Positions 1 through 14,337 of a stretch of DNA of 64,000 bases are shown one piece after another (position 1 is the stretch's first letter; every line of letters begins with the position of its first letter). The DNA comes from Bugula neritina (Eukaryota; Animalia; Bryozoa), in contig OZ037766.1 of assembly GCA_964035545.1 (NCBI GenBank), positions 8,546,722-8,610,721 on the forward strand, given 5' to 3'. Position numbers and translations under genes: made by a program. Under the pieces are notes generated by a model. The model saw nothing but the letters and a program-made list of their open reading frames with translations. It had not been told where the DNA came from and searched no databases.

Positions 1-1821
1 GAAGATGGCCAACTTATAGAAAAGGTGAAAGATGATACTGTTTGGAAGCTTCCAGAAAATCAACAGGAGTTGAAAATTGAAGAACCTCAAGCTCCTGGTT
101 GGTTAAAGCTTTTTTTTATGATTGAGTTATAAATACCATTCTATGGCAAAACTAAGTTCTCAATTCAATATAATATAATAGCTACGTTTTCTTATAAATC
201 AATGAAATATATGATCAGGGAACAGCTAGAATTCAAGTTGTTAAAGTTCAAAGGCAAAAAGCGATGTTTATAATTTGTATATGGCTAGGAAGTTAAATTA
301 CTTGAAATGAGTAAAACTTTAGTAGTAGCAGCAGTGGTGTTTGTGTATAAGTGTTACACTCAACGGCTGTACAACTTTCTTCAAAGCTGAGTTAGGGTTT
401 TCATCAATTCCTCAAATACTGAATGTAAGAAAAAGGTGTTCTTCCATTTATTATTTCCTGTTTTGTTATTTATTAAATTTAAAAATTATGGATACATTTT
501 TTACCCTGGACCCTGTATAGCTCTAAAAGTAAAAAAAGTGGTTATTCAAAGTGTTGTGCTAGTGTTGTGGAGTTCTATGATGAGTGATGTTTTGTTTATC
601 AATACTTGTATTTATTTGCAGCTCCGGTGATTGTAAATATGCCTAATGTCACTGACAGTAAATATGTTCCCCCATCTAAAAGATACGGTGGTGGAAATAC
701 TGATCTGGCACCAGTCAATATTAAAAAGCCACAGAGAAAGAAAACTGCACCCAATATGAATAGCCAAGAAGATTTCCCGAGCCTCGGTGCCAGCCCTGCA
801 ACTGCTGATTTGTAAGTAAAATATACCAGACTGTGTAATTTCTCTGAACTCATTCACAAAGTTTTAGTTTTAGAGCTACCAGAAATTGTTTTACATTAGA
901 TCATGGTTCACACAATCAACTTAATATCTTGTTTTCTATGAAAATGGTCACACAACTTTGTAATTCTACACCAAAAAATGATTTTATTTTTTTTCTCTAC
1001 TTTTCACTAAGCCATACCTCCTGAACCTCATCAATGTTGACTATTAGGTTGTACCTTGTACCCCCCCTGCGCCCCAAACCTTTCTCCCCTTGCCTAGTTT
1101 TATGAAATTTATTTGCAACCAAAAATTTAATTACTTTCATCACCAAATCTAATTCCATCATGGATTCACACTCTTTCACTTGATGACAGTTCACTGAAAC
1201 TAAATGCTTGTGTAACCACACTTGTTTGATGCAGCACATCCACACCTACTGTTTGCTGTCATTTGAAGATGTGCCCATTTGTTTCTGTGGTTTAGTACTT
1301 GCAGTTTTACATGTTTGCAGCACTTTTTCAGTTTATTCCTCACATATAACTTATAGAAGAGGCATTTTGTGAGCTCTTGTGTGTTGGGAGAGTAAACACT
1401 ATTCTTGTTTCTTGTACATAACTACCATACTGTCATAATACTATATTTTGTTTTATACCCTGTCCTGCTACATTTTTCTGTGTCATGTGTTAGATGTAAT
1501 GTTGATAGTTGAATTCAATCTTCTTTGCAATATTTGTTTTTTTTAATTTGCTCTCCACTTGAAAATTTATATAATTAGTATTGCCAGGTGTTGCAGTATG
1601 TATTTGGCAATGTTCTGATAATTTATACTCGGTTATATAGCATGTGATTTTGTATATGCTCAGTGAATAAATTATTAGTCCTTAATGTGCATTTGTATTT
1701 TAGTGACGGATCAAGATTTGAGAAAGTAAGAGGGGGTGGTAGCTTACAGTCCAGTAGTACACCTACTGGGCCAAGTAGATTAGAAACATCTAATAAATAT
1801 AGTGCTTTGGAGCGACGTTAA
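1..1821 (+). CDS. CDV3: CDV3 homolog, 3' part (starts upstream of the window)
   Basis: Exons <1-97, 622-811, 1704-1821 (TAA), GT-AG with consistent phases. Translation has CDV3-type motifs SKYVPPSKR, KKTAPNMNSQEDFPSL and C-terminal LETSNKYSAL. Confidence 0.85.
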
Positions 1822-3129
1822 TATGATTACAGTTTACCTTATCAAATTTATATGCTCTTTTGCATTTTTAATGCTTTGCAGCTCAATATACTTTTGTTTT
1901 TTGTCCAGTTGCTCTTGCAATATCTTTCATTGTCACTCTACTGGGCTAACTTGGAAGTATAGTTTTTGTGTAACATATTGCAGCTAAACACAATGTGACC
2001 ACTTTGTTAACGATTTAAAAGATTAAGGTGTCTATTGATAATTATCTTCCTTGTGTAGGATTACAGCATTTGAAATAATTATTTTTTCCATAAAACTTTA
2101 GCAAAAAACCTGTTTATTGTTTCACAATACCTGTAAAACTATTGACAAAAATATATTAACATAAGCTTTTATAAATGGATTTATTTTTGTTTATTAATCA
2201 TTATATATCATTGTTACTATCAAATAATGTTGGGCTGTAACAGTTATTAGCCAAATATCATTCAATAATAATCAACTACATGTTCTTATTACATATTATG
2301 TAGTTCTCTAAAGCTAAAAGCATTTTGTTGCTTGCTGATCACTAGACAAGCAGCCTATGGTTAAAGGAGGCTTATCCATAGAAAGTTATGTTATGATAGC
2401 AGATAATTTTTTGTTGGATGTACTTTTAAATTATTGATGTCAATAATAATTTGCTTGTCAAACTAATATATTGGCTGCATAACTTAAAATTCTGCAATGT
2501 GCCTTAATTTATGAACGTCCTATTAATTTCAGTAAATGATTTTATAAATACCCAGCTAATTTATTGCAGCTTTAAATTAAAATCCTAAAGTTAGTATATA
2601 TATATATATTAGTATAATATTAGGAAGAATTTTGCTGTAATTGGTAAAAATTTACCAAATCAGAACCTGCTATCTAAGTATTCATGTAACTGGTGCAGAT
2701 ATTTAATGTCCATATGGTATGATTCTGAGCAAATAGAATTTTTGGTCATGTGGTACCAATGGTAATTGATTTCCTTTGGCTAGGTTCTCTGCACCTTTTG
2801 GGTTATCCTCTCTATCACCGCTAGAATGTAGCAAAGTGTTAGTGTAGGTTTTCAACACGGTTGCAAGTTACTGCGGTGGTTAATAATTATGCTGAACTTC
2901 GTTCGACTAATGGAATTAGAGAATAGGCTACTATTACTAAATTCAATGCTTATTTATGGTCATGGTGGTATGGTGCATGCAGAAATTGCTATAAATTTGC
3001 TGTAGAGAGCAAGTGGCTTTTCACTGTGTGGTTGTCCACCTCTCGATGATGATGAATTGCAAAGGTAACGTTTTTTTAGCAATTGAATATAATGCAAAAT
3101 TGAACGTATTCTTTAAAAGAAAGGCGAGT

Positions 3130-3720
3130 ATCGGTGTACTCACTCTCAGTCTGAGTCTCATTTGCATTTTGATTTTAATTTTTCTCAGTCTTGCAATTAG
3201 TATTACTGTGAGTTTGCACTAAGCCTAACAGCTGAACTTAGTAACAGTGTTACAGTAAGCATAACAGAACTCGGCATCACATTCACTGTAAGTGTAACTG
3301 TAACATGACTTTGACTTTGAGTTTAAGCTTTTGAGTTTGACTACCACTATGACTATGAGTATGAGTATCACAGTATGAGTGTTCGATGTAACTTTAATAT
3401 AAGCTTAAAGTCAAACTAATGAGTATTAATTATATTAATAAATAATAACTTATAATATAATTATGGCTATTAAACTAATACTATTACTATTATATTACTA
3501 CTAGTATTAGTATTGGTATCAAAATTGATATAACTACAATCATAAGATTAAGATACGTATTCATTACATTTAACTTTTTATCTTATACTTATAACTACAA
3601 GTTATACTTATACTTATAAACATACTCATAGTGATACTGATAGTGAATAACTATTACTTATAAAAGAGAGATCTAATAATAATTATTTAATACTACTACT
3701 CTAGTAAGCCTCATCAATAT
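3130..3720. repeat. Degenerate drifting-hexamer low-complexity tract (T1)
   Basis: 6-nt periodicity, e.g. ctcact ctcagt ctgagt ctcatt; gtaagt gtaact gtaaca; tatgag tatgag; tactat tactat. Fills the probable first (5'UTR) intron of HS2ST1. Boundaries approximate. Confidence 0.75.
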
Positions 3721-3923
3721 CAATAACTAAAAATTGTGTTTGATTTATTTTTCAGAATAGGCTGACTCACTACGGTCTGGGAAGTTAGATAGTTCCATCT
3801 TGTTGGCTCTTCTGAAAAGTCTGCTAGAGTGTAGATTACTTGCTCCGTGTTGATGCCAATTCTCTTCACATTAGACTGAAGTTGTGTAATTGAATAAAAC
3901 ACACAATCTTTTGATAGTCCAAT

Positions 3924-6900
3924 ATGCTGAGCAGAATAACTCAGACGAATAAAATTTATATTGCTATAGTAATTCTAGCGGCAAACTTTGTATTATTTGT
4001 TAAATATGCCTGGAATGAAGCTCAACAAGAATCTTATTCACATCGCTCTGTTACACAAGCAGGTACGTCATTCTATAACTTTGAATATAGTTGTTCAAAG
4101 CCTATCTCGATATTTAGATCACTCACCTTGCTAAAATTAATTTGCTAATTATTTTAGTTACTGTGCATATTACTATGTGAGCTGATAGGCATTTTTTGTA
4201 AATAGTACTCTGCATCTATGTTTCCCGATGATCTTTGCAAAAAGTGCGAAGATTTTATTATTTTTGCTAAAATAATTACTTACCTGGTTTATATACCGAA
4301 CTATTTCAAAGAATGTGAAGCTTGTACAAATGGGCTATTATTTATCACATAACACCTTTTTTTAGGAAGCTTGTAATTTACTATATCTAATTTGAATCAG
4401 AAAAATACTACGTTATACTGTGGTATGGGTTCTGCATGCTTAAACATCACTCCTGTGATTCTATATTGTAGAATCTATTTTTTACCACATAGAAAATTAT
4501 ATATTTTTGTTAAAATTAATAGCAAAACGTGCCAAGTGGCTGAAAACCTTTCTATTTTGTAATGCAAATCTCAAGTATATAATATAATAATATGTGTGGT
4601 TATTGGCAATAATTAGTTACATCTATTTTAGTTGAAATGCAAAGAATTGAAAGGAGTTCTGACAAAATAAGAGAAGTACATGTAAGTATTCTTACTTACA
4701 TCTACATAGAAGGCTAAATTATTATTGTTGTTCACAATTCTGTGCTAAATGACTTTATATTACACATTCATCCCAGATGGGCATGGTTGTTAGGTTAGAT
4801 GAGCTTGCAAATTATTATATAGAAGGTACGAGTATATTCATATGTTTGTGTGTGTGTCTGTATATTTATTTATAACGATATATTTATGTAACCTGGTGAA
4901 TTTTAGGTGAAACATGTCCGAGTTTCCTCTCGGAATGCTAATGACATGGCTCCCCCTCTCTTATTTTATAACCGAGTCCCAAAAACAGGCAGCACTACCT
5001 TTGCCAACATTGCCTATGAACTGGCACAGAGAAATGACTTTAGCATGCTTCATATAAATGTTACTTATAAAAATACTAAATGGCTCAATATTCTAGATCA
5101 GGTTAGTTTTAATTTTGAAGTTTAAAATATTTTCTATGTAATGTGAATGTGTTGATGCTAGTAGGAAAGTAAACAATTTACAAAAATTAAAAATGTATAA
5201 AAAAAGTAGGCTTGTTCACTGTCTATTAAAATTTAAATAAAATTTTTAATGGAAAGCTACTGATTAAAATTATTTGCATTATTTTGTTAATGAGCTTAAA
5301 TATCTTGCTCAATATTGCCAATTTGCTACCAGAAGTAAGTTAATGTTAGTTTTTAGTTACATGTTTTACAATATAAGAACTAACAGATCACCAGTTTCAA
5401 CCATTTTCCTTGATTGATTACCCCACCAACTAATTTAGGATTGGTCTGCTAGTAATTTGGTTTAAACTCTGCTGCCTATTTGCTATTTTAGTTTAGGTGT
5501 TAGGTATTTTAATGCAGGCTGTGTAGCCTGTAGTTATCAATTTCTTTTAAACTAACATGATTGCAATTTTGTGCTGTTGTATCAATGGTACACTGCATAC
5601 CAAAGTTATATAAACTCTTGATTGGTTTGGCCTAACAGCAAAATGCATATTTTGTATTTTTTTCAGCAAAGATTTGTGAAAAATGTATCTCTTTGGACTG
5701 AAAAGCACCCTGCTTTATATCATGGTCATCTTCAATTTCTAGATTTCACAAGGTAGATATTGTTTCATGTTTGAAATTCTTATATACATATAAATAAGCA
5801 GCACATTAACTGAGAGTGAAAAAGGAAACTAATTTCAAATAAAAAAGTATTTAGGTTAATCATTTAATGTAAAGAACTATTTCTCTTGAGTCATGATAGA
5901 TATTGGTTGAATTCTGACAAAAAATTGACATGTTGTGTCTTTCTTAAAAATTCTCACTGCATTGCATGTTTACATGACATTATTTTTACAAGTGGCTGTT
6001 GAACTTTTGCTGCCTAAACAGAAATTTAACTGATATGTCATTTTTATACAGTTTCTGGAGCTGGTAGTTATATTTTGATTTTTTTTATATGAAAATATGC
6101 ATTGTTGTTAGTAATAAATTTTGTGTCCTATTTGCAGATTTGGTTATTCGAATCCGGTGTACATCAATATAATCCGAGATCCAATCGAGAGATTGGTGTC
6201 ATACTACTACTTCCTACGCCACGGAGATGACTATCGGCCTAAATTAAAAAGAGCTAAATCAAAAGACACTCAAGTGAGCATTAAAACGTATTGCTGCCTT
6301 ATCTGTAGTGGCAGCTTTCAAGCACTCATTGCGCTGCATTAACCTCTGGGCTATATTATTCTAAAGGTCACAGTAATGAGATGTGGTTGGGAAGGAATGT
6401 CATCTACATTATCTCATGGCCCCACATCCCTGTTAAATGTATTTATAAGAATACAGTGTCTGCAGCATCATGCTGTTGTTTATTACAAATTACCTAGACA
6501 AGGAAATGAGGATAAAGGAAGTTGGTTGTGCTGCCAAATTCGTTTCCTCAACTGTAATTGATGATTGCATTGTGTTGCTTGTTTTTATAGACCCTAGATG
6601 ATTGCATACAGACTTCCGGTTACAACTGTAACTTAACACGGATGATGTGGATGCAGGTTCCTTTTTTCTGTGGCCAACACGCTCAATGCCTGTAAGTCAG
6701 TTTATCTGAAATGTTTCTGTTACACTGGGTATACCATTTGAAAAAGATGGCTAAAATGTAACTTAGCAGTTATATTAAAAATTATCCAAGATCCAACTCT
6801 AATTGGTAAATGAAAACTGCCAACATAGCCTACAAACTCTCAAGGTTAATGCAGTTGACCTCTCTCAGTAAACCTTCAACAATAAATTGGGCAAAATATA

Positions 6901-8000
6901 TGGGAGTCTATCATCACTACATGATTTAATTATAGTTTCAATGTTATGAAGATCAGCATGGCTTGAATGTAAGGGAAATAATTGGCTTAGTTTTATATTT
7001 ACCTTTTATTGAGATTTATATTAAACAATTCTTACATGTCAGTTTCAGTATGTTTTTGTATGTCACCTATATTTAAAATTCATTTAATGCTTGAATTTTT
7101 TAAAGTTAAATAGTATTTTTGCTGTTAAATTTTCCTACAACTGGAAAGTTAGCCAAATCTATTAAATTCTACATTTGATAATTGAGATGAATTTGATTAG
7201 TTGGGCGACTTTCAGCAACCTTGATTTTGGGCTTAGTTTCTAAACTGGATAATTTTTCAAGATTTTGGACATACTGTATTTCCTTAGTATACCTGGGCCG
7301 TGGGCTTTGGAGCAGGCAAAGAGCAATCTAGCCAACCACTTCCTGTTGGTTGGCCTGACAGAGCAGCTTGGAGAGTTCGTTGCCCTTCTTGAGACCATGC
7401 TTCCAAGATACTTTTCAGGGGCTTATGAACTATACACAAACTGTAAGTAGGCTACTATTCAAAATGGCGCTAATTATAGAATTTTCAATGAATTCCATGT
7501 AGAAAACGTGATCCGTCTAACTAACAGCTATAGACTGCATTATTTTATGCTTGTTTGTATATTTTTCTGTTTCTCAACATAGCTAAGCTTGGACACCTCA
7601 GAAAGACCAAAGATAAAATTGCTCCTTCTAAAGAAACCGTGAGAATTATAAAGGAGTCACTCATTTATCAGTTGGAGCATGAACTCTATGAATTTGCCAA
7701 AGAACAGTTTAATTTCTTAAAACAAAGAGCATTGAAAATAGATGAAAATGAAAGGTACTGTGTTATTTATTTTGTTATAATTAAGGGTAGCAACCAAATA
7801 TTGAAAATTGCTCATGTTACAATTTTACAACAGCCTGTTTACTATATTATGAGAAAATTACATTTTTCTTTTTATCTAATTTCCATAATGAAATTTTTTC
7901 CTACTTCTTTTTCATGTTCTATCTTTAACTTATACTGTTGTTGGTGTTTTCCAGGGCAATCATTATGAAGCCTCTATTCAAATATGAAAAGATAGTATGA
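3924..8000 (+). CDS. HS2ST1: Heparan sulfate 2-O-sulfotransferase (359 aa)
   Basis: Exons 3924-4062, 4632-4681, 4907-5101, 5667-5752, 6138-6273, 6591-6691, 7288-7442, 7583-7754, 7955-8000 sum to 1080 nt. N-terminal type II anchor; 5'-[15 protein letters not shown]; 3'-[24 protein letters not shown]; QVPFFCG; HLRKT; ends FKYEKIV. Probable 5'UTR intron 3065-3755. Confidence 0.93.
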
Positions 8001-9266
8001 GGTAATCGCTTCACACATGGAAAAACAGAACTCACCACTTTGCAACAATTATAGACTACGCTAATAGCTGTTCTATGAAACATTGAATGCTAGTGACCAG
8101 GTTGTGATGTGAATAAGTTATTATTATATGTGTATAGTATGTTACTGTCACTATTAGTAAACCTTGTAAGTATTTCTTACATCGATAAATTCAACCTAGT
8201 CGAATCTTTGTACAAGTTCAAATTTATTCTTGCTATTTTTGGTACTTGTTTTGAATTTTATATTCTATGTTGTATAATATTTTATGCAATGCGCTGACTA
8301 CTTCAACAATTAAGTTTTATTCAGGAATTTATTCTTGCTACTTGACGTTTATTTTTGTGCATTTTTATTAAAAAATTATTTAGGATTAATTACTAATAAT
8401 AGCCGTAACTCATGGATAATGCAAATATGAAGCTACCAGCTCTCTTGTAAAAAGTACATAATTCCGATGCCAGTTTGCTAAGCAAGCTTTTGAGTGCATT
8501 TGCATAGCATAGACATTAAGTGAGTTTTTTCATTTTGTACAGTTATATCAATTTTGAAATGAAGCTGTTGACCTTGATTATTACCAATGTCGATATTTCT
8601 GATAACTCATTTTCAGCAAGACATTTTTTTATAAATGCCTCATTCTGGTACAACCTGTACTCTGTGAAGGAGCACGTTCCAACTGTAAAAACATGATTTT
8701 TTATCAGTAGGTATCCTAATTTTATAATTAATGTGTACTGGTTTTTATGTTTACTCATTATGCATACTTCTTTGCATTTAACTTGCTATTATATCAATCA
8801 AAATTCAATAAACCAAATGTTCATTTGTAGATTTACAGAGTTTATTTTAGTCTCTATTGAAAGCTAAGAAATGCAATACAGAGTAATCTACAGCTACCCT
8901 CTTCTCCTTAATTTATACCTGTTGCTGATATTTGGTGACTTTACATGCAAACGCTTGCTCTCTCTTGTCAACCACAACATAAAGCACATGATTGCACAGT
9001 CATTAGTAAAGTTCTCACGTTACACTATCACCATGTACACATTCACTATCTTTTTCATATCTACACACAATAGAAAAACAGCACAATACTGTTATTGTCC
9101 AATATTATATCTAAACAAATAAGCGAAAACAATCTCTAAAAAATATATATATTACACATATATTACTGATAAGAAAAATAGTATTGCTTGTGGATTTGTG
9201 ATGTGCTGAGCTCTTCAGTCTAACTTCTGTTTAATGTTTCAAATTGTCAATCTAAAGATTTCTGTA

Positions 9267-12200
9267 ATGAAGGTACATGTGCTGCTTCTCTTCATATTAG
9301 GACGTAAGTAATCTACATGTATGTGATCTCAGTTATATTTTATTCAATAATACTGCATTATCTTTTATTTCATGTACACTAATAATAAATACATTTTCAT
9401 GATTGTAAAGCACATGCAACTTTTCATTTGGTAATCTAAAGTTTCAAGTTTTTGAAAGTTCTTCAGCTAATTTTTAATTAAATTCACTACTTGATGAACT
9501 TTTAAAAAAATTGTAAGAAGTTTTCAACTTTTATATATAATATTTTTACCTTGACACTTTGAAATGTTAGTTTTCGAGAGCTCAGTGATTTATAACATGT
9601 ATAAACTCACTCAATTAAATGCATGTGTATCTAATATGCTTTTTTATATAAACATATTTTGTTAAAGTATAATACGAATTTTACGAAACATTGTAGCATT
9701 TCGTAGTCAAGTGTAGGCAAGAATTGTAGTTTTGTTTAAAATCGAAATCATCTTTCTCTGTTTATATATAGCAGTGCTATAGCGTTTAACATTTTTAGTA
9801 TAATATGGGTTGCAGGTTTATGAATTATAGCAGTATTATTATGCAAAAGAATTGTTAGCTTACTTGAATTTGTATTATAAATGCAATTATTTCTATAGAA
9901 TCTCCACTATATACAATGCGTATTTGCAGCAGTTATTCGTTATATGTAAATTATTCATGGATATTTTCACAGATGTCAATTTGAAAGAAGCAGCCCGCTT
10001 GACCTTCTATGGAAGCCATACAGGGCAGAGCAACTCACCAGCCTATTACGAAATATTTGGCCACTGCAACGATGGTAATAGACAAGGGTATGGCGTGGGT
10101 AAAGTTATTGATAACACTTGGGTGGTAGTTGCTGAAAATATTACATGTACAGAAAAGTTTGAATGGAAATGGATATGGTTTGAAAATGGCAACCGAAAAG
10201 ATGAAACACGACAAAATAATCACAGATATTTGTACAAAAAGACACTAAACTCTGCTTATTCTGTTATAATTACAACACTGGACAGAGGCAACAGCGTTGA
10301 CGGTAATGGTTTATTAATGGTTACTAATTTCATTCATTAAAAGTTATTAAGAGAATAATTTCTTTATAAACAAGGCAGTTTTTAGTTTAAAAATACAAAC
10401 TATTTTCTGTGTATAATTCTTTGTATTGTAAAAGAATTTTACAAATACTGCATTTTCTAAAACTGGTAAAGTCGCTGTAACTCTAAAAGCAGTTTTTATC
10501 TAAAAACACTATGAGCAATGCCCTGTAAGACATGCCTTAGAATGAGTCCAAATAATTTGTCTATTAATCTCCCCACTGGCTGTCTTTCAAACATGTAATT
10601 TTCTGTATAAGATTTATTATTCTAGCATCCATTTAAATTGTTTGTGCATATTACCTTTTTACACACTAAATTTTAAATTGTTAGCTCATTAAAACCGTAA
10701 ACGCCCAAGCAGACTCTTATACTAAAAATGGAATTTGTTTTTTTAATAACTACACAAAACTTTGTTTATCACTTTACTGTATTTTATTTCTGTTATACAT
10801 TAGAAATACTTTTAGAAATTGGTAAGTATAGTCTATTAAATGGTATGTTTTAGAGCTGATCTACAATGGTACTGAGAAGTTGGTAAAGACAGTATTTATC
10901 TTGAAAGGTATTTCTAGTGCTGACCTCTACACCATCTGTGGCTCGTATGACTCATCTGACTTGGAGAAATTGTGGCCGAAACAGACATTTTGTCAGCCAT
11001 TCCAAAAATCTTTTAATAACAAAGTTGAAGTAGTAATAGACCTTATAAAACATAAAACCTTCCATTGGCAATGGAGATACTTTAATCATGGTCACCTCAC
11101 CCCAGAGTCCTTCCACCGTGAGCTTTTGGCACAACCATGTCAAATTACTGAGGAGTCAAGAATAGTCAATAACACTGTGTGGAGTGACTTAAAACAAAAT
11201 GTTGATTCTAGTTGTTATGACTTTCAATACTACACTACAACTACTACTACCACCACACCGGCTACAACCACTACAACTGCTACTACCACTACACAGGCTA
11301 CTACCACTACACAGGCTACTACCACTACACCGGCTACTACCACTATGTTAACTACTACTATACCAACTACCACCGTTGCTGCTAGAGCTTCAGTTATATC
11401 TACTACAACAACAGACCCTGCTACGCTGGAAACACAGACGATAAGAACAGCAACTACCACGATCCCTATTCTGAATACTACAACTGCATTCGTAATAGTC
11501 TCTATAGTACCTGATAAAGTGAATAATAATACAAACAGTTCCACTAATAACGTTACAACCCCACATGTTGTTCCAAGTATGGGCCAGGCTTCAAGCAACA
11601 GACCATCTTTGGACAGGACTTCCTTATTTCATAACAATTCTTCATTAGAGGTGGATCAGATGACTACTGTTATGTCCAACTATATCTTCAACTCTACAGC
11701 TTTACCAACTAGGGAAGGTAGCCCTTCACATTCATTATGTAACTTATATAGGTTGTTTCATCCCTGAGGATCATCATTTGAGCTACATTTAATTGGGCAA
11801 ATATTATTTATATATACTTTTAGATGAAAAAGTAAAAACCATCCTTTTGGTATCTGTACCAGTAGCCGTAGTAGCTATTATACTGGCAGTGACCGGAATT
11901 ATATTTTACAAATGGTAAGTCTACATGTCTTTTAGATAATGCTTGCAGAAGAGCTTGTTTTATAAGTCAGATCTATGATATAGAAGCGGCGAGGAGCAGC
12001 CGTGGTGTAGTGGTAAAAGTTCTGGCCTTGTAAACACACGATCAGTGATTTGAGTCGAAACACTGGTAATGTTAGGAAGAGCATTAGGTAATAATTGCTC
12101 CTGTGTCACAGATAAATAATTGTCCTTAGCTCCCTATAAAAAACCCTTTCGACCAGGGTTTCTTACAAGATGGCGACTATACACTTGATTTGAAAGCTGT

Positions 12201-12450
12201 AACACGCAGTAGCTTTCTTCTCTTCAGGCATAAGAAGCGTGCCAATCTTAAACTGCTTCGTATGAGAACTCACAAAAGCCCTGAGAACAATGACGTAGCC
12301 GATGACATGTTGACTGAGACAACTATTGGAGATGACTCAAGTATCCAGGGACATGCTAACAGCCCTACCCGCATCACTCAGGGCGAGAGTAAAGATCTCC
12401 CTCAACAAGTCTACGAGACTCCAGCACAATTGAAGTTAGTACAAAAATGA
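9267..12450 (+). CDS. Uncharacterised type-I membrane mucin-like protein (514 aa): signal peptide, two CBM20-like domains, Thr/Ser stalk, TM helix, Tyr-containing tail
   Basis: Exons 9267-9303, 9973-10302, 10854-11717, 11824-11914, 12228-12450 sum to 1545 nt with consistent phases. Signal MKVHVLLLFILG; Thr-rich ATTTTQ repeats; TM ILLVSVPVAVVAIILAVTGIIFY followed by KWHKKR; tail QVYETP. Confidence 0.8.
11994..12184 (+). mobile_element. tRNA-derived SINE copy 1 (intronic)
   Basis: A-box-like GTGGTGTAGTGGT, degenerate B box, core GTTAGGAAGAGCATTAGGTAATAATTGCTC shared with copies near 26.0, 60.1 and 62.6 kb. Confidence 0.75.
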
Positions 12451-14337
12451 AAGTTTATAAGAAATGTAATCTAGATAAAAACTGCTTGCTCAATTTTTTT
12501 CAGTGTGGCTTTACGTTTGTTATTTGCACTAAAGCACCATATTGCCTTTAACAGCATTAGTACTTACATATTTTTTGGTGTTTGCAAGAGAAACTTATTT
12601 TAGTTTTACTGCATTCAAGTTTCAAATTGCGCATGAAAGGTAAATAAAATCAACTTAATAGTCTGTAAAGCTCAAACTCTAAGCCAGAACTTTAAAATCA
12701 AACAAAGGATAATTAATTCAGCATATTATTTAAACATTTGTAATTTAACCAACCATAATTTTTATTTGCTGCATCTAGTGCCAGTGCTGCATACTGGTTT
12801 AGGTAATTTTAATTTCTTTTAGCACACAAAAGGTGGATGCAAGCCTAACATTTGTTAGAAATTCTTTGTATGCTTCACAAGAAGAGATCTAAGAGTGTAT
12901 CCAGCAAAATGACAATCATCCATCAAAGAATGGGCAGTTCTGTTGAAAATGCTGACATTTATAATAGCATTTGATGAACTTGACTTCTGTATTCTACCGC
13001 CATGTAATATTATAATAAAAGTTAGTTGACAGAACATTGGATTATTGACATCTTAGTAAATTAACTTGATTTTGTCAGCAAACAAATTATAATATAATGA
13101 ATAAATGCTAATTTTAGCATCTATACTCTTTTATCAAGTCTAATGGCTATGCTATATTTGCCCTGTTAGCAAATGCAATATATATATTGAGATATATGTT
13201 GAGATATATATATATTATATATAACTATGCTCTTCTTCATGTATAACATGCTTTCCTTGTGTAATTGGATTAAAATTGGCAAAAACATAGCTCTGCTTGT
13301 AACTTGACAGCTTTGACACAATTCCTATAATATAATATATTCATGATCTTATAACTTATGAAACATCAACAGATATATTTGATAAGACAATAATTCAGAA
13401 CACATTTATTAATGCAGACATATATCTGTATTACCACGTTCTAGTTATATAGATCATTATCCAGCTGATAGCAGCATTGTTTATTTATGATTGTGTTTAT
13501 ATGTTATCACTACGTGTAATCATACCTTCTACCTGTCAGGGTGTCATGGCTTATCCTCAGAGCTTTCGATAATATATATCTATTGTTAGTAGTTTTGTGA
13601 CATTTGCTTTTATTAATCATCGAAGGCTACTTACCAAAAAGCTGTTTTTATTTTATAACTGAATTTGAGGCCAATATTATAATAATTTGATCTCAGCATT
13701 TCGTGAACAAGGGAAGGCACAGATAAAATTCTCACTTACATTTTCTGTATCCAGAGCTGCATATACATTTGAACAGCTGTGACAAAATACTTGAAAAATA
13801 AACATTTTATATACTACACTTCCAAGAGAAGTGCAGGATTTTTGCTAAATGTGATAAACAACTTGATATCTCGCAATAAGCCTGAGAGTCTATGCATATA
13901 CATACGTAAGTGCGGACAGGTAGCTGAGCCAATATGCTGCAGAGTAATTTTGAAATAGGTAAGACCAGGATAATCAAACCCAACAACCCAACACACCTGC
14001 ATATGGTCCAGCTACCATTATTATATTATTTCAAATAGTTTTACCAACATTTTATAAACCTACACCAATGCTCAATCTCGGTTCAGGTATCAAGTTTATT
14101 TAGATAATAGAATATGAATGAGAATTTTGAGCAGTAGTACTAATAAGAATTAATTAGACAACTCTGAACTGTTAAAATTTCAACTACATCAGCCTCCTAG
14201 ACAATAGATACAAGATATTACAACAAAGCATGGAAATTAAATAAAATATTACCACATCACTGTGATGACACTATAGCATAAAATATAAAGATAATTTTTT
14301 AAATAAGTGACATAAAAATTTTAACGTTTCTAATATA

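Noticed and set aside
11230-11598. Val-rich minus-strand ORF
   Set aside because: Antisense shadow of the Thr-rich mucin stalk.
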